DNA of 64,000 bases. Origin: Bacillota bacterium (GTDB lineage Bacteria; Bacillota; Dethiobacteria; DTU022; UBA8154). The position numbers and the translations under genes are program-made. Of the stretch, positions 19,426-28,729 are shown in pieces (position 1 is the stretch's first letter; each line of letters opens with the position of its first letter). The notes beneath the pieces are model-generated. The model worked only from the letters and a program-made list of their open reading frames with translations, did not search any database and was not told where the DNA came from. Where the stretch lies: contig JAAZMP010000098.1 of NCBI GenBank assembly GCA_012798755.1, positions 12,082-76,081 of the forward strand. The letters run 5' to 3'.

Positions 19426-20295
19426 TTAACGAAACAAGCCGTATGATGTAGTTTTTCGTTGCGTTCCCGCTTTCTGGCTGCCCAAACGTTGTAAAACTGC
19501 ATAGAAATCCCGATCTTTTTTAATGAGTACCCCCAAAAAAGGTAATTCATTGCTAATTTTTTCCGGGGCAATTCCTCCGATTACTAGTGCCTGTACCCAA
19601 TCCAAAAGTTCACTGGTGCTGGGTTTTTTCTGCAACCCTGTAATGTTGCGAATCCAGTAAAATGCTTTCATGGTTTCTGCTAACAGTTTTTTATCGAGAT
19701 CAGGGTAATGCACGCGCACTATATTTGCCATCATTTCTTCGTCGGGAAATGTTATATAGTGAAAAATACAACGCCTTAAAAATGCGTCCGGAAGTTCTTT
19801 TTCAGCATTGCTGGTAATTATTACAATGGGGCGGTGCTTCGCAGTAATAGTTTCACCTGTTTCCGGGATATCAAAGCTCATAATATCAAGTTCCCATAAT
19901 AGGTCATTGGGGAACTCTATGTCAGCCTTATCAATTTCGTCTATAAGAAGAACAACCTGTTCCGGTGAGGCAAAAGCTTCACCTATTTTGCCAAGCTTTA
20001 TGTAATGGCTGATTTCAGAGACGTCGTGGTCTCCAAACTGGCTGTCATAAAGCCTTTGCACGGTATCATAGATGTAAAGACCGTCTTTAGCTTTAGTGGT
20101 TGACTTAATGTTCCAAATCAATAGTTTTTTATTTAGTCCTTCTGCAATACTGCGTGCCAACATTGTTTTTCCAGTTCCCGGTTCGCCCTTAATAAGCAGC
20201 GGTCTTCCCAATGTAGCCGAAATATTAACACTGTTTTGTAGCTCTTCTGAAGCGATATAGTCTTTTGTACCTGTAAAATTATGAACTTGTTGCAA
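19426..20295 (-). CDS. AAA+ ATPase, MoxR/CoxD-like
   Basis: It has Walker A GEPGTGKT and Walker B LLIDEIDKA. The TTG at 20295 lies 9 nt after AGGAGG, and that SD is inside the longer track ORF. Confidence 0.85.
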   Translation of the reverse strand: MQQVHNFTGTKDYIASEELQNSVNISATLGRPLLIKGEPGTGKTMLARSIAEGLNKKLLIWNIKSTTKAKDGLYIYDTVQRLYDSQFGDHDVSEISHYIKLGKIGEAFASPEQVVLLIDEIDKADIEFPNDLLWELDIMSFDIPETGETITAKHRPIVIITSNAEKELPDAFLRRCIFHYITFPDEEMMANIVRVHYPDLDKKLLAETMKAFYWIRNITGLQKKPSTSELLDWVQALVIGGIAPEKISNELPFLGVLIKKDRDFYAVLQRLGSQKAGTQRKTTSYGLFR

Positions 20296-20434
20296 GATCA
20301 AAATCCTCCTACTCAAGTATTTTATTTATTATATACAAAAAAACAAAAAACGAAAACTCTAAAATTATACGTTATAATTTTCTACATAAAAGTTTCTATT
20401 CCTGCTCACGGTAGTTTTGGAGTTTTGTTTTTGG

Positions 20435-22204
20435 TTACCGTCTGCTCATTAACAATTCAAAACGCGGAAACTTGGGGAAGTATTTTCTTAAAAAAGGCTG
20501 CCTGCTTTCTTTTGGTGAGTAGATCAATTGCAGGCGATTAACCCGTTTTCCTAACTGTTTCAAAAAGAGTGCGAAATTCTTGATAACCTTTTCCGATAGA
20601 TGTAACCCTTCTGCATTTACCACCAAGTGGAAGCAGCGCTGGGGTAATAAATTTTTCAAAACATGCCTGAGTTCCTGTAAAGCAAATCTGTTCAATAAAC
20701 CTCTTAAGCGCAGATAGAAAACACCATTATTTTCCGAAACATAAACTTTCAAAAGGTTTCCCGCCGCTGTTCCTAAGTTTCCTTGTTTCGACACTTGTAT
20801 TCGACGATACAAAAGTGGAACTGCTCTTGTACTATCGCTTTTGTTTTGCAATTGCGCTAAAATGTTTTGATACCAACGACTTTGTTTATCAAAGTTTTTC
20901 ACAAGCCACCAGCCCACGCAACGGTAAAGTGCTGAACCCCATCCTGTCAAAAAGAAGTTTTGAAAAGCATTTCTTATAGTATAAAAACGCCTAAATGCTT
21001 TAATGGTTTCCTTTTGTAATTCTTCGGCAGACATTTGGGCGGGTTGAAATACCACATGGTGCCCGTCATAAAGTTCCCAGTCTTTAGTTAAAAGCCGTCC
21101 TTCGGATTCCAGTTTTTCAAAAAGTGGTGTTCCGGGTAAGGGGGTCAGTATCATAAATTGTACACTATCTATGCGCATTTCTAAAGCAAAATCCACTGTT
21201 TCCTGTATGGTGTCAACCGTGTCCTGATCGCTTCCGAATACAAACATACCATGAATTCTAATGCCATATTCATGAAATTTCCGGATACATTTCCGGATAT
21301 CGTCCACGTTTTGCTTTTTGTTGTAAGATTGCAAAGTTAAAGGGTTAATAGATTCAAGCCCCACATAGGCAATATCTCCCCCGGTACGACGCATAAGTTC
21401 TAAAAATTCCTCGTCTTTGGCTGACTCTACACGCATCTGCGCACCCCAACTTTTAAGCTTAATATTTCTGTCAAGCATTTCCTGTAGCACTTGTTTGGTA
21501 TGTTTAGGATTAGCTGTAAAGTTGTCGTCGCAAAAAAATATGCTTTTCCCCTTGTAAAGGGAAAGCTCTTGCAATATTTTTTCTTTTGAACGACTGCGAT
21601 AACTACGGCCAAACATCGGCGCAACACTGCAAAAAATGCAGTTGTATGGGCAACCGCGTGAAGTCATTATCGGGATAGAGCGCATCTGGTTGTAGTGGTC
21701 TAAAAGGGTGAGATCCGGCATGGGAAGCTGTTCCACATCGATCCAATCTTCCGGAAGGGGGTTATGTACTGCCTCACCATTTTGCCAATAAGAAATTCCG
21801 GGAATATCTTCCGGCGATTTTCCTTCATCAAGTGAACGGATCAGAGAAAGAAAGGTAAGATCTGCTTCGCCTCTGACAACGTAATCAGCATACTGGAGCG
21901 CTTCTTCCGGCAAAAAGGTTGCATGGATGCCGCCGATTATTATAGGTACATTTTGCGAATGAAGATAACCGGCAATACGATAAGCTTCATGACTGGTTGA
22001 AGTTGTGGTTGAAATCCCTACAAGGTCGGCCTCCAAGAGCTTAGGCCAGGGCAACGCTTCACTTTGGTTTACATGGATGCTTACATCATACCCGGCCTCT
22101 TTTAATTGAGTTCCAAGCAGGGGTAGGCCCAGCCTTGGCATCCGGGTAGTACTGTAAACATGTCCTTTTTTTGTTTTGGGTTCTATTAAAATTATTTTTT
22201 TCAC
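20435..22204 (-). CDS. B12-binding-domain radical SAM enzyme with a C-terminal STAS-like extension
   Basis: The N-terminus is a cobalamin-binding Rossmann domain (LVGISTTTS..IIIGGIHATF). The radical SAM motif is CPYNCIFC. The last ~110 aa have a STAS-like beta-alpha pattern (VFYLRLRG..ALQELRHVLKNLL..HLVVNAEGL..IKNFALFLKQL..LQLIY). The GTG start follows CAGGAG. Confidence 0.85.
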   Translation of the reverse strand: MKKIILIEPKTKKGHVYSTTRMPRLGLPLLGTQLKEAGYDVSIHVNQSEALPWPKLLEADLVGISTTTSTSHEAYRIAGYLHSQNVPIIIGGIHATFLPEEALQYADYVVRGEADLTFLSLIRSLDEGKSPEDIPGISYWQNGEAVHNPLPEDWIDVEQLPMPDLTLLDHYNQMRSIPIMTSRGCPYNCIFCSVAPMFGRSYRSRSKEKILQELSLYKGKSIFFCDDNFTANPKHTKQVLQEMLDRNIKLKSWGAQMRVESAKDEEFLELMRRTGGDIAYVGLESINPLTLQSYNKKQNVDDIRKCIRKFHEYGIRIHGMFVFGSDQDTVDTIQETVDFALEMRIDSVQFMILTPLPGTPLFEKLESEGRLLTKDWELYDGHHVVFQPAQMSAEELQKETIKAFRRFYTIRNAFQNFFLTGWGSALYRCVGWWLVKNFDKQSRWYQNILAQLQNKSDSTRAVPLLYRRIQVSKQGNLGTAAGNLLKVYVSENNGVFYLRLRGLLNRFALQELRHVLKNLLPQRCFHLVVNAEGLHLSEKVIKNFALFLKQLGKRVNRLQLIYSPKESRQPFLRKYFPKFPRFELLMSRR

Positions 22205-22498
22205 ATTCTACAACTCCTGTTTAATTGTTAGTGATTGTTAACCAACAAGGGTGTATTTTTATTTCCTTATCAATCAAAAAACCACCTATTCCCAGTATAG
22301 GTTATTTTGCTATAACCCGCAACCTTAAAACACGGTATTTCTTACTATATATAGGTGTACCGGCTGTTTTTTGGTTATGTACAAAATTATTGGTTATTTT
22401 GGTTGTCGGGAACATTATCCTAACGTTATGATAAAGTATAACCGGGAGAGGCAGATTTTATGAAATATGGGGAAAAATACTATTCCATGAAGTTTAAA

Positions 22499-23215
22499 CT
22501 AGATAACAGCAGGGCTTGAACCCGGAAATTTTTGCCCAAAACGCTTTATAAAAAAAGTCCTGTTAAAAATGATTTTTGACAGATTTTGTTCAAATAAAGT
22601 GAGGTTCATTTGGTTTATAAACTGCTCGTCCGGATCAATATAGACCAGACATTCCAAAAGCAACGATTTTTCTTCTAAGGAATTGCCGGGGAATACTGTT
22701 CTAACAAATTCTTGTGGGGGAACATCAAGCAAAATAACCCTTTCTTCTTCCCCAGGGTATTTTACAAATTTTGCTTTTTTAAAAAGGTCTGACCAGGAAA
22801 CAAGTAATTGTAACGGGGAGATGAAAAATCCTTGCAGCGAATCAAGTTCCAGTTCGATAGCCTGTTTCCAGGAATCGTCTTTTAAGTCCTTGATAAAAAG
22901 TTTCCCGGAAGAGTGTTTATAAATATCCAGCTTGTAGTTGGAAATTTTACCATAGATTATATTATTATTTTTCAGATTTCCTTGGAATTCCATGGTGTAT
23001 CCTGGCCCACGTTCTATAATTTCAAGCTCGAAGGCATCAAAATTATGTTCCATATTGTGCAGCGTTTCTTGAAGCATTGCACCGGGGCGGGTTGTTTCTG
23101 TATAAGCGAAATTATAGTACAGCAAAGCAACAAATAACAGTAAAAGAACCGGCAACAAGATTTTTTTTTCTAATCCAAACTTTGAGCTTGCATGATCATT
23201 TTTTAAAGAAAACAT
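22499..23215 (-). CDS. Membrane-anchored hypothetical protein
   Basis: It has a single N-terminal TM helix (ILLPVLLLLFVALLYY) and a soluble domain of about 190 aa with no motif I recognise. Confidence 0.5.
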   Translation of the reverse strand: MFSLKNDHASSKFGLEKKILLPVLLLLFVALLYYNFAYTETTRPGAMLQETLHNMEHNFDAFELEIIERGPGYTMEFQGNLKNNNIIYGKISNYKLDIYKHSSGKLFIKDLKDDSWKQAIELELDSLQGFFISPLQLLVSWSDLFKKAKFVKYPGEEERVILLDVPPQEFVRTVFPGNSLEEKSLLLECLVYIDPDEQFINQMNLTLFEQNLSKIIFNRTFFIKRFGQKFPGSSPAVI

Positions 23216-23303
23216 GAAAGATAGCTCCCTCTTACCGACCTTAAAACAATCATATGGCCGGAAGAGGGGAAATATAACAATACTTTTAAAATATCAAAGC
23301 AGT

Positions 23304-24743
23304 TTACCTTCCTCCACCATCTCCTTTGATTACACCAAGGGGAGAAAGCCGGGCTACTTTGGTAATCATATCTATATCCGCCAGGGTATTTATAACCATA
23401 TCAATATCTTTATAGGCTTCGGGGGCTTCATCTAAAAGATTTGCGGCTTTACCTCCATAGTAGAGAACTGACCCCAGTTGTTTTTTAAACATACTTGTAG
23501 ATATTGTTTTTTTGGCTTCACGACGGGACATTACCCTGCCGGCTCCATGATTAACAGAATAAAAAGTGTCCACAATTTTGGGGGTAGCAACGACTACATA
23601 AGAAGAAGTGCCCATGCTGCCCGGAACAAGAACAGGATGTCCGCTGGAAATATAAGGAGCAGGGTTTCCGGTATGCCCCGGCGGCAAAGCCCTTACAGCT
23701 CCTTTGCGGTGAACTAGCAATTCCTTACCCTCTATTTTTTCGAATTTAGCAATGTTGTGAGCAACATCATAGACTACTCCAAGATCGAGCTCAGTGTCCG
23801 GGCAATCAAAATAACTGCTGAAGGCTTCCCTGATGTCATAAGTAATAATTTGCCGGTTGGCAAAAGCAAAATTTATCGCTGCTGACATAGCCGCAAGGTA
23901 ATTTTGGCCTTCGGTAGATGTTATAGGGACAGCGGCAAGGCCTTTGGATGGAAGTTCGATTCCATATTTTCTTGCTGCCTTTTCCATAACAGAAGAATAG
24001 TCAATGCAAATTTGGTGTCCGAACCCTCTGCTGCCGGTATGGACAAGCACTCCCAGATCGCCTTTTTTTAATCCGAAGGTGGAGGCTATACCTTCGTCAA
24101 ATATTTCGGATATTTCTTCCAGTTCAATGAAATGGTTACCTCCGCCTATGGTAGATAGCTGGTTTCCACGCCTTCTGGCTCTTCTGCTTACCTTGGACAG
24201 ATCCGCCCCGGAAAAACTTCCTTCTTCTTCAACAAAATCATGATCCTCCTCACGGGCAAAACCTAATTCCAGGAGCGCCTTGAGCCCTTTAGTAGTAATT
24301 TCTTCAAAGTATTTTCCTACACGATGCTGGTGCTTGCTCTTTTTACCGATTCCGGTGGGTACCCTTGAAGCTATTTCCTTTAAAAGGTTAAACAAATCTT
24401 CATCTGTTAAATCGCCGACTTTGAGATTGCTGCGTATAAGCCTAACGCCGCAGTTGATATCCATGCCTACAGCTCCAGCCGAAATCAGCCCATCCGGAAC
24501 CTCCATAGCCATAATTCCGCCAATGGGCAATCCAAAACCAGTGTGTATATCAGGCATACCGATAACATGTTTGTAGACCCCGGGAAGAGTAGCGGCATCA
24601 GAAAGTTGTTTTAAAGACTCTTCCTCCAAAAAATTTTCGTAGAGGTATTCATTTAAATAAACTTTGGCATCAACTCGCATTTTTCCACTACGGGGGAGCA
24701 ACAAACAATTCTTACTGATGAATCTAATGTTCAAAAATATCAC
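23304..24743 (-). CDS. rtcB: RNA 3'-phosphate/5'-OH ligase RtcB
   Basis: It has GMPDIHTGFGLPIGG, the GGGNHF, HTGSRGFGH and HRKGA motifs, and an N-terminus of the ..PRSGKMRV.. type. The start is uncertain (GTG at 24743 or TTG at 24734). Confidence 0.9.
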   Translation of the reverse strand: MIFLNIRFISKNCLLLPRSGKMRVDAKVYLNEYLYENFLEEESLKQLSDAATLPGVYKHVIGMPDIHTGFGLPIGGIMAMEVPDGLISAGAVGMDINCGVRLIRSNLKVGDLTDEDLFNLLKEIASRVPTGIGKKSKHQHRVGKYFEEITTKGLKALLELGFAREEDHDFVEEEGSFSGADLSKVSRRARRRGNQLSTIGGGNHFIELEEISEIFDEGIASTFGLKKGDLGVLVHTGSRGFGHQICIDYSSVMEKAARKYGIELPSKGLAAVPITSTEGQNYLAAMSAAINFAFANRQIITYDIREAFSSYFDCPDTELDLGVVYDVAHNIAKFEKIEGKELLVHRKGAVRALPPGHTGNPAPYISSGHPVLVPGSMGTSSYVVVATPKIVDTFYSVNHGAGRVMSRREAKKTISTSMFKKQLGSVLYYGGKAANLLDEAPEAYKDIDMVINTLADIDMITKVARLSPLGVIKGDGGGR

Positions 24744-24782
24744 CCATGATTTTTAATATTTTTGGAGTCTGGATTTTCGCAA

Positions 24783-25556
24783 TCAGATCTCCCAATCAAT
24801 TTCTTTTAATTTATTTAATAATCCATAATTGGTTAAATCGAAGTGAATTGGAGTTATAGATATATAAGAGTTCTTTACCGCAACAACATCGGAATTTTTC
24901 ACCTCTTCTGTGGGATCAACCTCTTCTCCGGCCAGCCAATAATAATTTCTGCCGCGAGGATCAATTCTCTTTTGAAAAGCATTACGATATTGCCGCAGCC
25001 CCAAACGTGTGACAGCCACGCCGGCGATTTTCTTGCGCGTTTTGCCAGGGATATTTATATTCAACAAAGTATTATTCGGTAAGTCATGGTTATATATAGT
25101 GTGTAAAATCCTCAATACAAAATTAGCAGCAAAACGAAAATCAGGATTTTCTTGTTCTGTTAATGAAATGGCCATAGCCGGAATACCCAGTATAATAGCC
25201 TCAACAGCTGCTGATACTGTGCCGGAATAAAGTACATCCGTTCCCAGGTTTGAACCGCGGTTAATGCCGGATATTACCAGATCCGGTTTTTGAGGAAGCA
25301 AATATTCTACGGCTAATTTTACACAATCCGAAGGAGTCCCATTAACAGACCATCCTTTTAAACCGGCATTATGAAAAAACTTTACTTCTTCTGCCCTCAG
25401 CGGGCGGTGCATGGTAATGGCATGCCCGGTAGCGCTTCTTTCGTGATCCGGAGCAACAACATATATTTCAACATTTTCGTCTTGTAGCAATGCTTCACCC
25501 AATACTTGAATTCCTTCGGCATGAATCCCATCATCATTAGTCAATAAAACAATCAA
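24783..25556 (-). CDS. surE: 5'/3'-nucleotidase SurE
   Basis: It begins (M)IVLLTNDDGIHAEGI and has SGINRGSNLG. The TTG at 25556 lies 6 nt after GGGGGGAT. Confidence 0.9.
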   Translation of the reverse strand: MIVLLTNDDGIHAEGIQVLGEALLQDENVEIYVVAPDHERSATGHAITMHRPLRAEEVKFFHNAGLKGWSVNGTPSDCVKLAVEYLLPQKPDLVISGINRGSNLGTDVLYSGTVSAAVEAIILGIPAMAISLTEQENPDFRFAANFVLRILHTIYNHDLPNNTLLNINIPGKTRKKIAGVAVTRLGLRQYRNAFQKRIDPRGRNYYWLAGEEVDPTEEVKNSDVVAVKNSYISITPIHFDLTNYGLLNKLKEIDWEI

Positions 25557-25614
25557 ATTCAAATCCCCCCGATAATAAAAAAACATTTTAATAAAAGAGG
25601 CGGCTTCTTTATTT

Positions 25615-26922
25615 TTAATTTAACCCCGCAAGTAGTTTAGTGGCCCTTTTTTGTGTTTCGAAAAGTATTTTTTCTTCATCTACAGTTAGCAATTCTCTTT
25701 TTTCCATCAATATTTTTCCGTTAACCATAACCAGGTCAACATCTGAGGCTGCCGCACTGTATACCAGATGTGCTACAACGTCATGCAGGGGGAACAAATG
25801 TGGTTTTTTAAGTTGCACTACAATCAAATCTGCTTTTGCTCCTTTTTTAAGCGGTCCTACTGTTTCATCCAGGAAAAGCGCTTTTGGACCGTTTATGGTT
25901 GCCAACTTTAGTGCAATTTCTGCAGGTGCTATTGTGGCATTTTCTTTTAGTCCCTTCGGTAAAAGGGAGGCCAGCCTCATTTCTTCTACCATGTCCAGGT
26001 TGTTATTGCTGGCTGCGCCATCAGTGCCCAAAGATACAAGGAGTTCTTTTTCTAACAAATCAGCAAGGGGTGCAATTCCGGAACCAAGTTTGAGGTTGCT
26101 CCCTGGGTTGTGAGCTATTGCTACTTTTTTTTCCGCAAGAATATCTATTTCCTCTCTGGAAAGATGTACACAATGGGCAGCCAGGATGTTATGTTCAAAC
26201 AGGCCGAGATCATCAACAAATTTTATTGGTGTTTTGCCATAGGTTTGCAGGCTTTCTTCGATTTCCTTGCGAGTTTCAGCCAGATGAATATGTATAGGAA
26301 CTTCCAGCTTTTCAGCTGTTTTCATAATCTTTTGCAGAAATTCCGGTGGGCAGGTATAAGGTGCATGGGGGCCCAGCATTACTGTTATTCTTCCTTCTCC
26401 CGCCTTGTGCCAGTTGCGTACTAAGTTCTCATTTTTTTTCAAGCTAATCGAACCTTTTAACTTATCCGTTCCAATTAGCCCCTGTGCCAATGAAGCCCTG
26501 ATTCCTGCTTCTGTGCAGGCCCTGGCCACCTCTTCCATATGAAAATACATATCAGCAAAGCAAGTAGTGCCACCCTTGATCATTTCACAAATAGCAAGCA
26601 TTGATCCCCAATAAATATCATCTTTTTTTAACTTGGCTTCCGCCGGCCAAATTTTTTCCCCCAGCCACTCCAGAAGAGGCATATCATCAGCATAACCCCT
26701 GAAAAGAGTCATGGCTGCATGGGTATGGGTATTTACAAAACCGGGCATTACAAGATCGCCTTTTATGGTTTTGGAAAATTTCTTCCGGTTATGTTCCCGG
26801 CGAGGTCCCAGGTATGTTATCTCGTCGCCCTCAATTATTATTTCTCCGAAAGAAACAAGTTTGAAGTTTTCGTTTTCCCATGCCAGTATATAGTCAGGCT
26901 GAATCAGTATTTTTTTCAGCAA
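25615..26922 (-). CDS. mtaD: 5'-methylthioadenosine / S-adenosylhomocysteine (and probably 5'-deoxyadenosine) deaminase
   Basis: It is an amidohydrolase (PGFVNTHTHAAMT, HLAE, GTDGAASNN). The TTG start follows GGGGGAG and overlaps the upstream stop by 7 nt. Confidence 0.85.
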   Translation of the reverse strand: MLKKILIQPDYILAWENENFKLVSFGEIIIEGDEITYLGPRREHNRKKFSKTIKGDLVMPGFVNTHTHAAMTLFRGYADDMPLLEWLGEKIWPAEAKLKKDDIYWGSMLAICEMIKGGTTCFADMYFHMEEVARACTEAGIRASLAQGLIGTDKLKGSISLKKNENLVRNWHKAGEGRITVMLGPHAPYTCPPEFLQKIMKTAEKLEVPIHIHLAETRKEIEESLQTYGKTPIKFVDDLGLFEHNILAAHCVHLSREEIDILAEKKVAIAHNPGSNLKLGSGIAPLADLLEKELLVSLGTDGAASNNNLDMVEEMRLASLLPKGLKENATIAPAEIALKLATINGPKALFLDETVGPLKKGAKADLIVVQLKKPHLFPLHDVVAHLVYSAAASDVDLVMVNGKILMEKRELLTVDEEKILFETQKRATKLLAGLN

Positions 26923-27602
26923 CTGTGGCTCCCCCTTTTAAGCAACTTTTGGCCATATTCGTACAAATATTTTTTTCTTAATTCTTTTACTTCCTTAGGG
27001 CCTAAAGTATATGGTGATCCTAAAATTTTAGACCAGATAATGATCTGGGCATTTCTCTCGATTACCCTGCAACGTTGCAAAGCTGTAGGAAAATCATCAC
27101 CTAATACAACTAGTCCATGATTTGCTAACAGCACGGCGTTATTTTCTGTACCCAGTACTTTTACCGCATTTAAGGCTAGCTCATCGCTCCCCGGATGTGC
27201 ATATTCGGCAACCTTGACCGGGCCGCCGACTACTTGGGCCAGATCTTCTACCACGACGGGGATTTCTTGCCTGCATACTGCAAATGCCGTAGCCAAAATA
27301 CTATGTGTATGTATTATAGCCTTAACGTCTTTTCGGGCCTGGTATATGGATAGGTGAAGAGGGAGCTCCGAAGAGGGTTTCCATTTACCTTCGTCCACTT
27401 CGCCTGACATATTTACTACAATCATATCTTTGTATTGCAATTTTTCGTAGTGAATACCGCTGGGTGTTATAACTACTTGTTTTTCTGTAGGCCTGCTGCT
27501 GACATTTCCCCATGTTTCAAAAACTAACCCTTCTTTAAAAATAGTATGGGCAATTTTTACCGCTTCTTCTTTGGCTTTCCTCACTGCGCTTACTACATTC
27601 AA
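26916..27602 (-). CDS. Class II aldolase/adducin-family protein. Candidate (methylthio/5-deoxy)ribulose-1-phosphate aldolase of a DHAP shunt; an MtnB-type dehydratase is not excluded.
   Basis: It has the class II aldolase fold with the HTHS zinc motif (AIIHTHSILATAF) and LLANHGLVVLG. The TTG start overlaps the mtnA stop (TTGA). Confidence 0.8.
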   Translation of the reverse strand: MNVVSAVRKAKEEAVKIAHTIFKEGLVFETWGNVSSRPTEKQVVITPSGIHYEKLQYKDMIVVNMSGEVDEGKWKPSSELPLHLSIYQARKDVKAIIHTHSILATAFAVCRQEIPVVVEDLAQVVGGPVKVAEYAHPGSDELALNAVKVLGTENNAVLLANHGLVVLGDDFPTALQRCRVIERNAQIIIWSKILGSPYTLGPKEVKELRKKYLYEYGQKLLKRGSHSC

Positions 27603-28687
27603 GAATGTTCACCCCTTTTGTTATACAGATCGATCATCTTATTTTGATCGGGAAGTTTGATTATACCACATTCTGTGATCAAAGCGGTAATTAGTTTCGC
27701 CGGCGTGATATCAAAAGCAGGGTTTTTTGCATTTATTCCTACCGGTGCGAGGGTTAATTCACGAAATTTGGTTATTTCTTCCGCATCCCTTTCTTCTATT
27801 GTTATCTTTTTACCGGAATCAATGGACATATCAACCGTAGAAAGAGGTGCTGCCACATAAAAAGGCACATCGTTTTCTTTGGCCAGGACAGCCAAAGAAT
27901 ATGTGCCGATCTTATTGGCTACATCTCCATTTGCCGCAATGCGGTCTGCACCGACAATTATACAATCCACATCTTTTTTGGAGATATAGTATCCTGCAGC
28001 GCTATCGACTATTAAGGAAAAAGGGATCCCTTCTTTTTGCAATTCCCAAGCTGTAAGACGCGAACCTTGTAAAAAGGGCCTTGTTTCGTCAACATAAACC
28101 ATTATTTTTTTCCCTTGACGAAAAGCGCTTCTGATAACACCTAACGCAGTTCCATAGCCTGCAGTAGCCAAAGCCCCGGCATTACAATGTGTTAAAATAG
28201 TATAGTGATCGCCAATGAGTTTGGCTCCCTGCTCTCCAATTTTTTGATTGATTTCAATATCCTCATCAAAAATAATCTTGGCTTCTTCCTCCAAACCCTC
28301 TATTATCTCAAGCGGTGAAGCCTTTTTTAGATTTCTGCTTTTGTTTAAGATTCTTTCTACTCCCCAGGCAAGATTTACTGCGGTTGGGCGTGTTTTTTTG
28401 AGAATGGCGCCGTGAGTTTCCAGGTGGGATTGAAATCTGGAAAAAAAGAATTTATGCTTTTCAGTCGGCCCGGCAAAACTTTGTAAGTATTTCCGGGCAG
28501 TTAATAACAAAGCAAAGACGGCTGTCACTCCTATCGCCGGAGCTCCTCTGACGACCATCTTTTCAATACATTTTTTTACATCATCGAAGGTGTGGCAATG
28601 AACATAGCGTTCTACTTCCGGTAAAAGCCGCTGATCGAGCAGCTCAAGGGAAAGGCCGTTCCAAATAATCGGGGAAATACTTTTCAT
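27599..28687 (-). CDS. mtnA: S-methyl-5-thioribose-1-phosphate isomerase MtnA
   Basis: It belongs to the eIF-2B alpha/beta/delta-like family (LLDQRLLP, VRGAPAIG, HCNAGALAT, VGADRIAANGD). The ATG at 28687 lies 7 nt after GGGGGG. Confidence 0.9.
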   Translation of the reverse strand: MKSISPIIWNGLSLELLDQRLLPEVERYVHCHTFDDVKKCIEKMVVRGAPAIGVTAVFALLLTARKYLQSFAGPTEKHKFFFSRFQSHLETHGAILKKTRPTAVNLAWGVERILNKSRNLKKASPLEIIEGLEEEAKIIFDEDIEINQKIGEQGAKLIGDHYTILTHCNAGALATAGYGTALGVIRSAFRQGKKIMVYVDETRPFLQGSRLTAWELQKEGIPFSLIVDSAAGYYISKKDVDCIIVGADRIAANGDVANKIGTYSLAVLAKENDVPFYVAAPLSTVDMSIDSGKKITIEERDAEEITKFRELTLAPVGINAKNPAFDITPAKLITALITECGIIKLPDQNKMIDLYNKRGEHS

Positions 28688-28729
28688 TTGCTTACCCCCC
28701 AAAACGAAATAAAAAAGCAAAAAGTACTC

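Noticed and set aside
20317-20434. Long-range pairing AAAACTCCAAAA...TTTTAGAGTTTT between the radical SAM gene and the moxR-like gene, as a terminator
   Set aside because: It is a 12-bp stem with a mismatch that encloses about 50 nt, and it is extremely AT-rich. Its stability is doubtful, so I left co-transcription open.
22264-22330. S-box (SAM-I riboswitch)-like fragments CTTATCAA ... GCAACC on the plus strand
   Set aside because: The conserved GAGGGA/GGC core and the kink-turn are missing. No plus-strand gene lies downstream either, so this looks like a chance resemblance.
22458-22517. 19-codon plus-strand ORF (MKYGEKYYSMKFKLDNSRA) with a GGGAGAGG SD
   Set aside because: It overlaps the 3' end of the convergent 238-aa gene and has no supporting context. 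It is too short to support from sequence alone.
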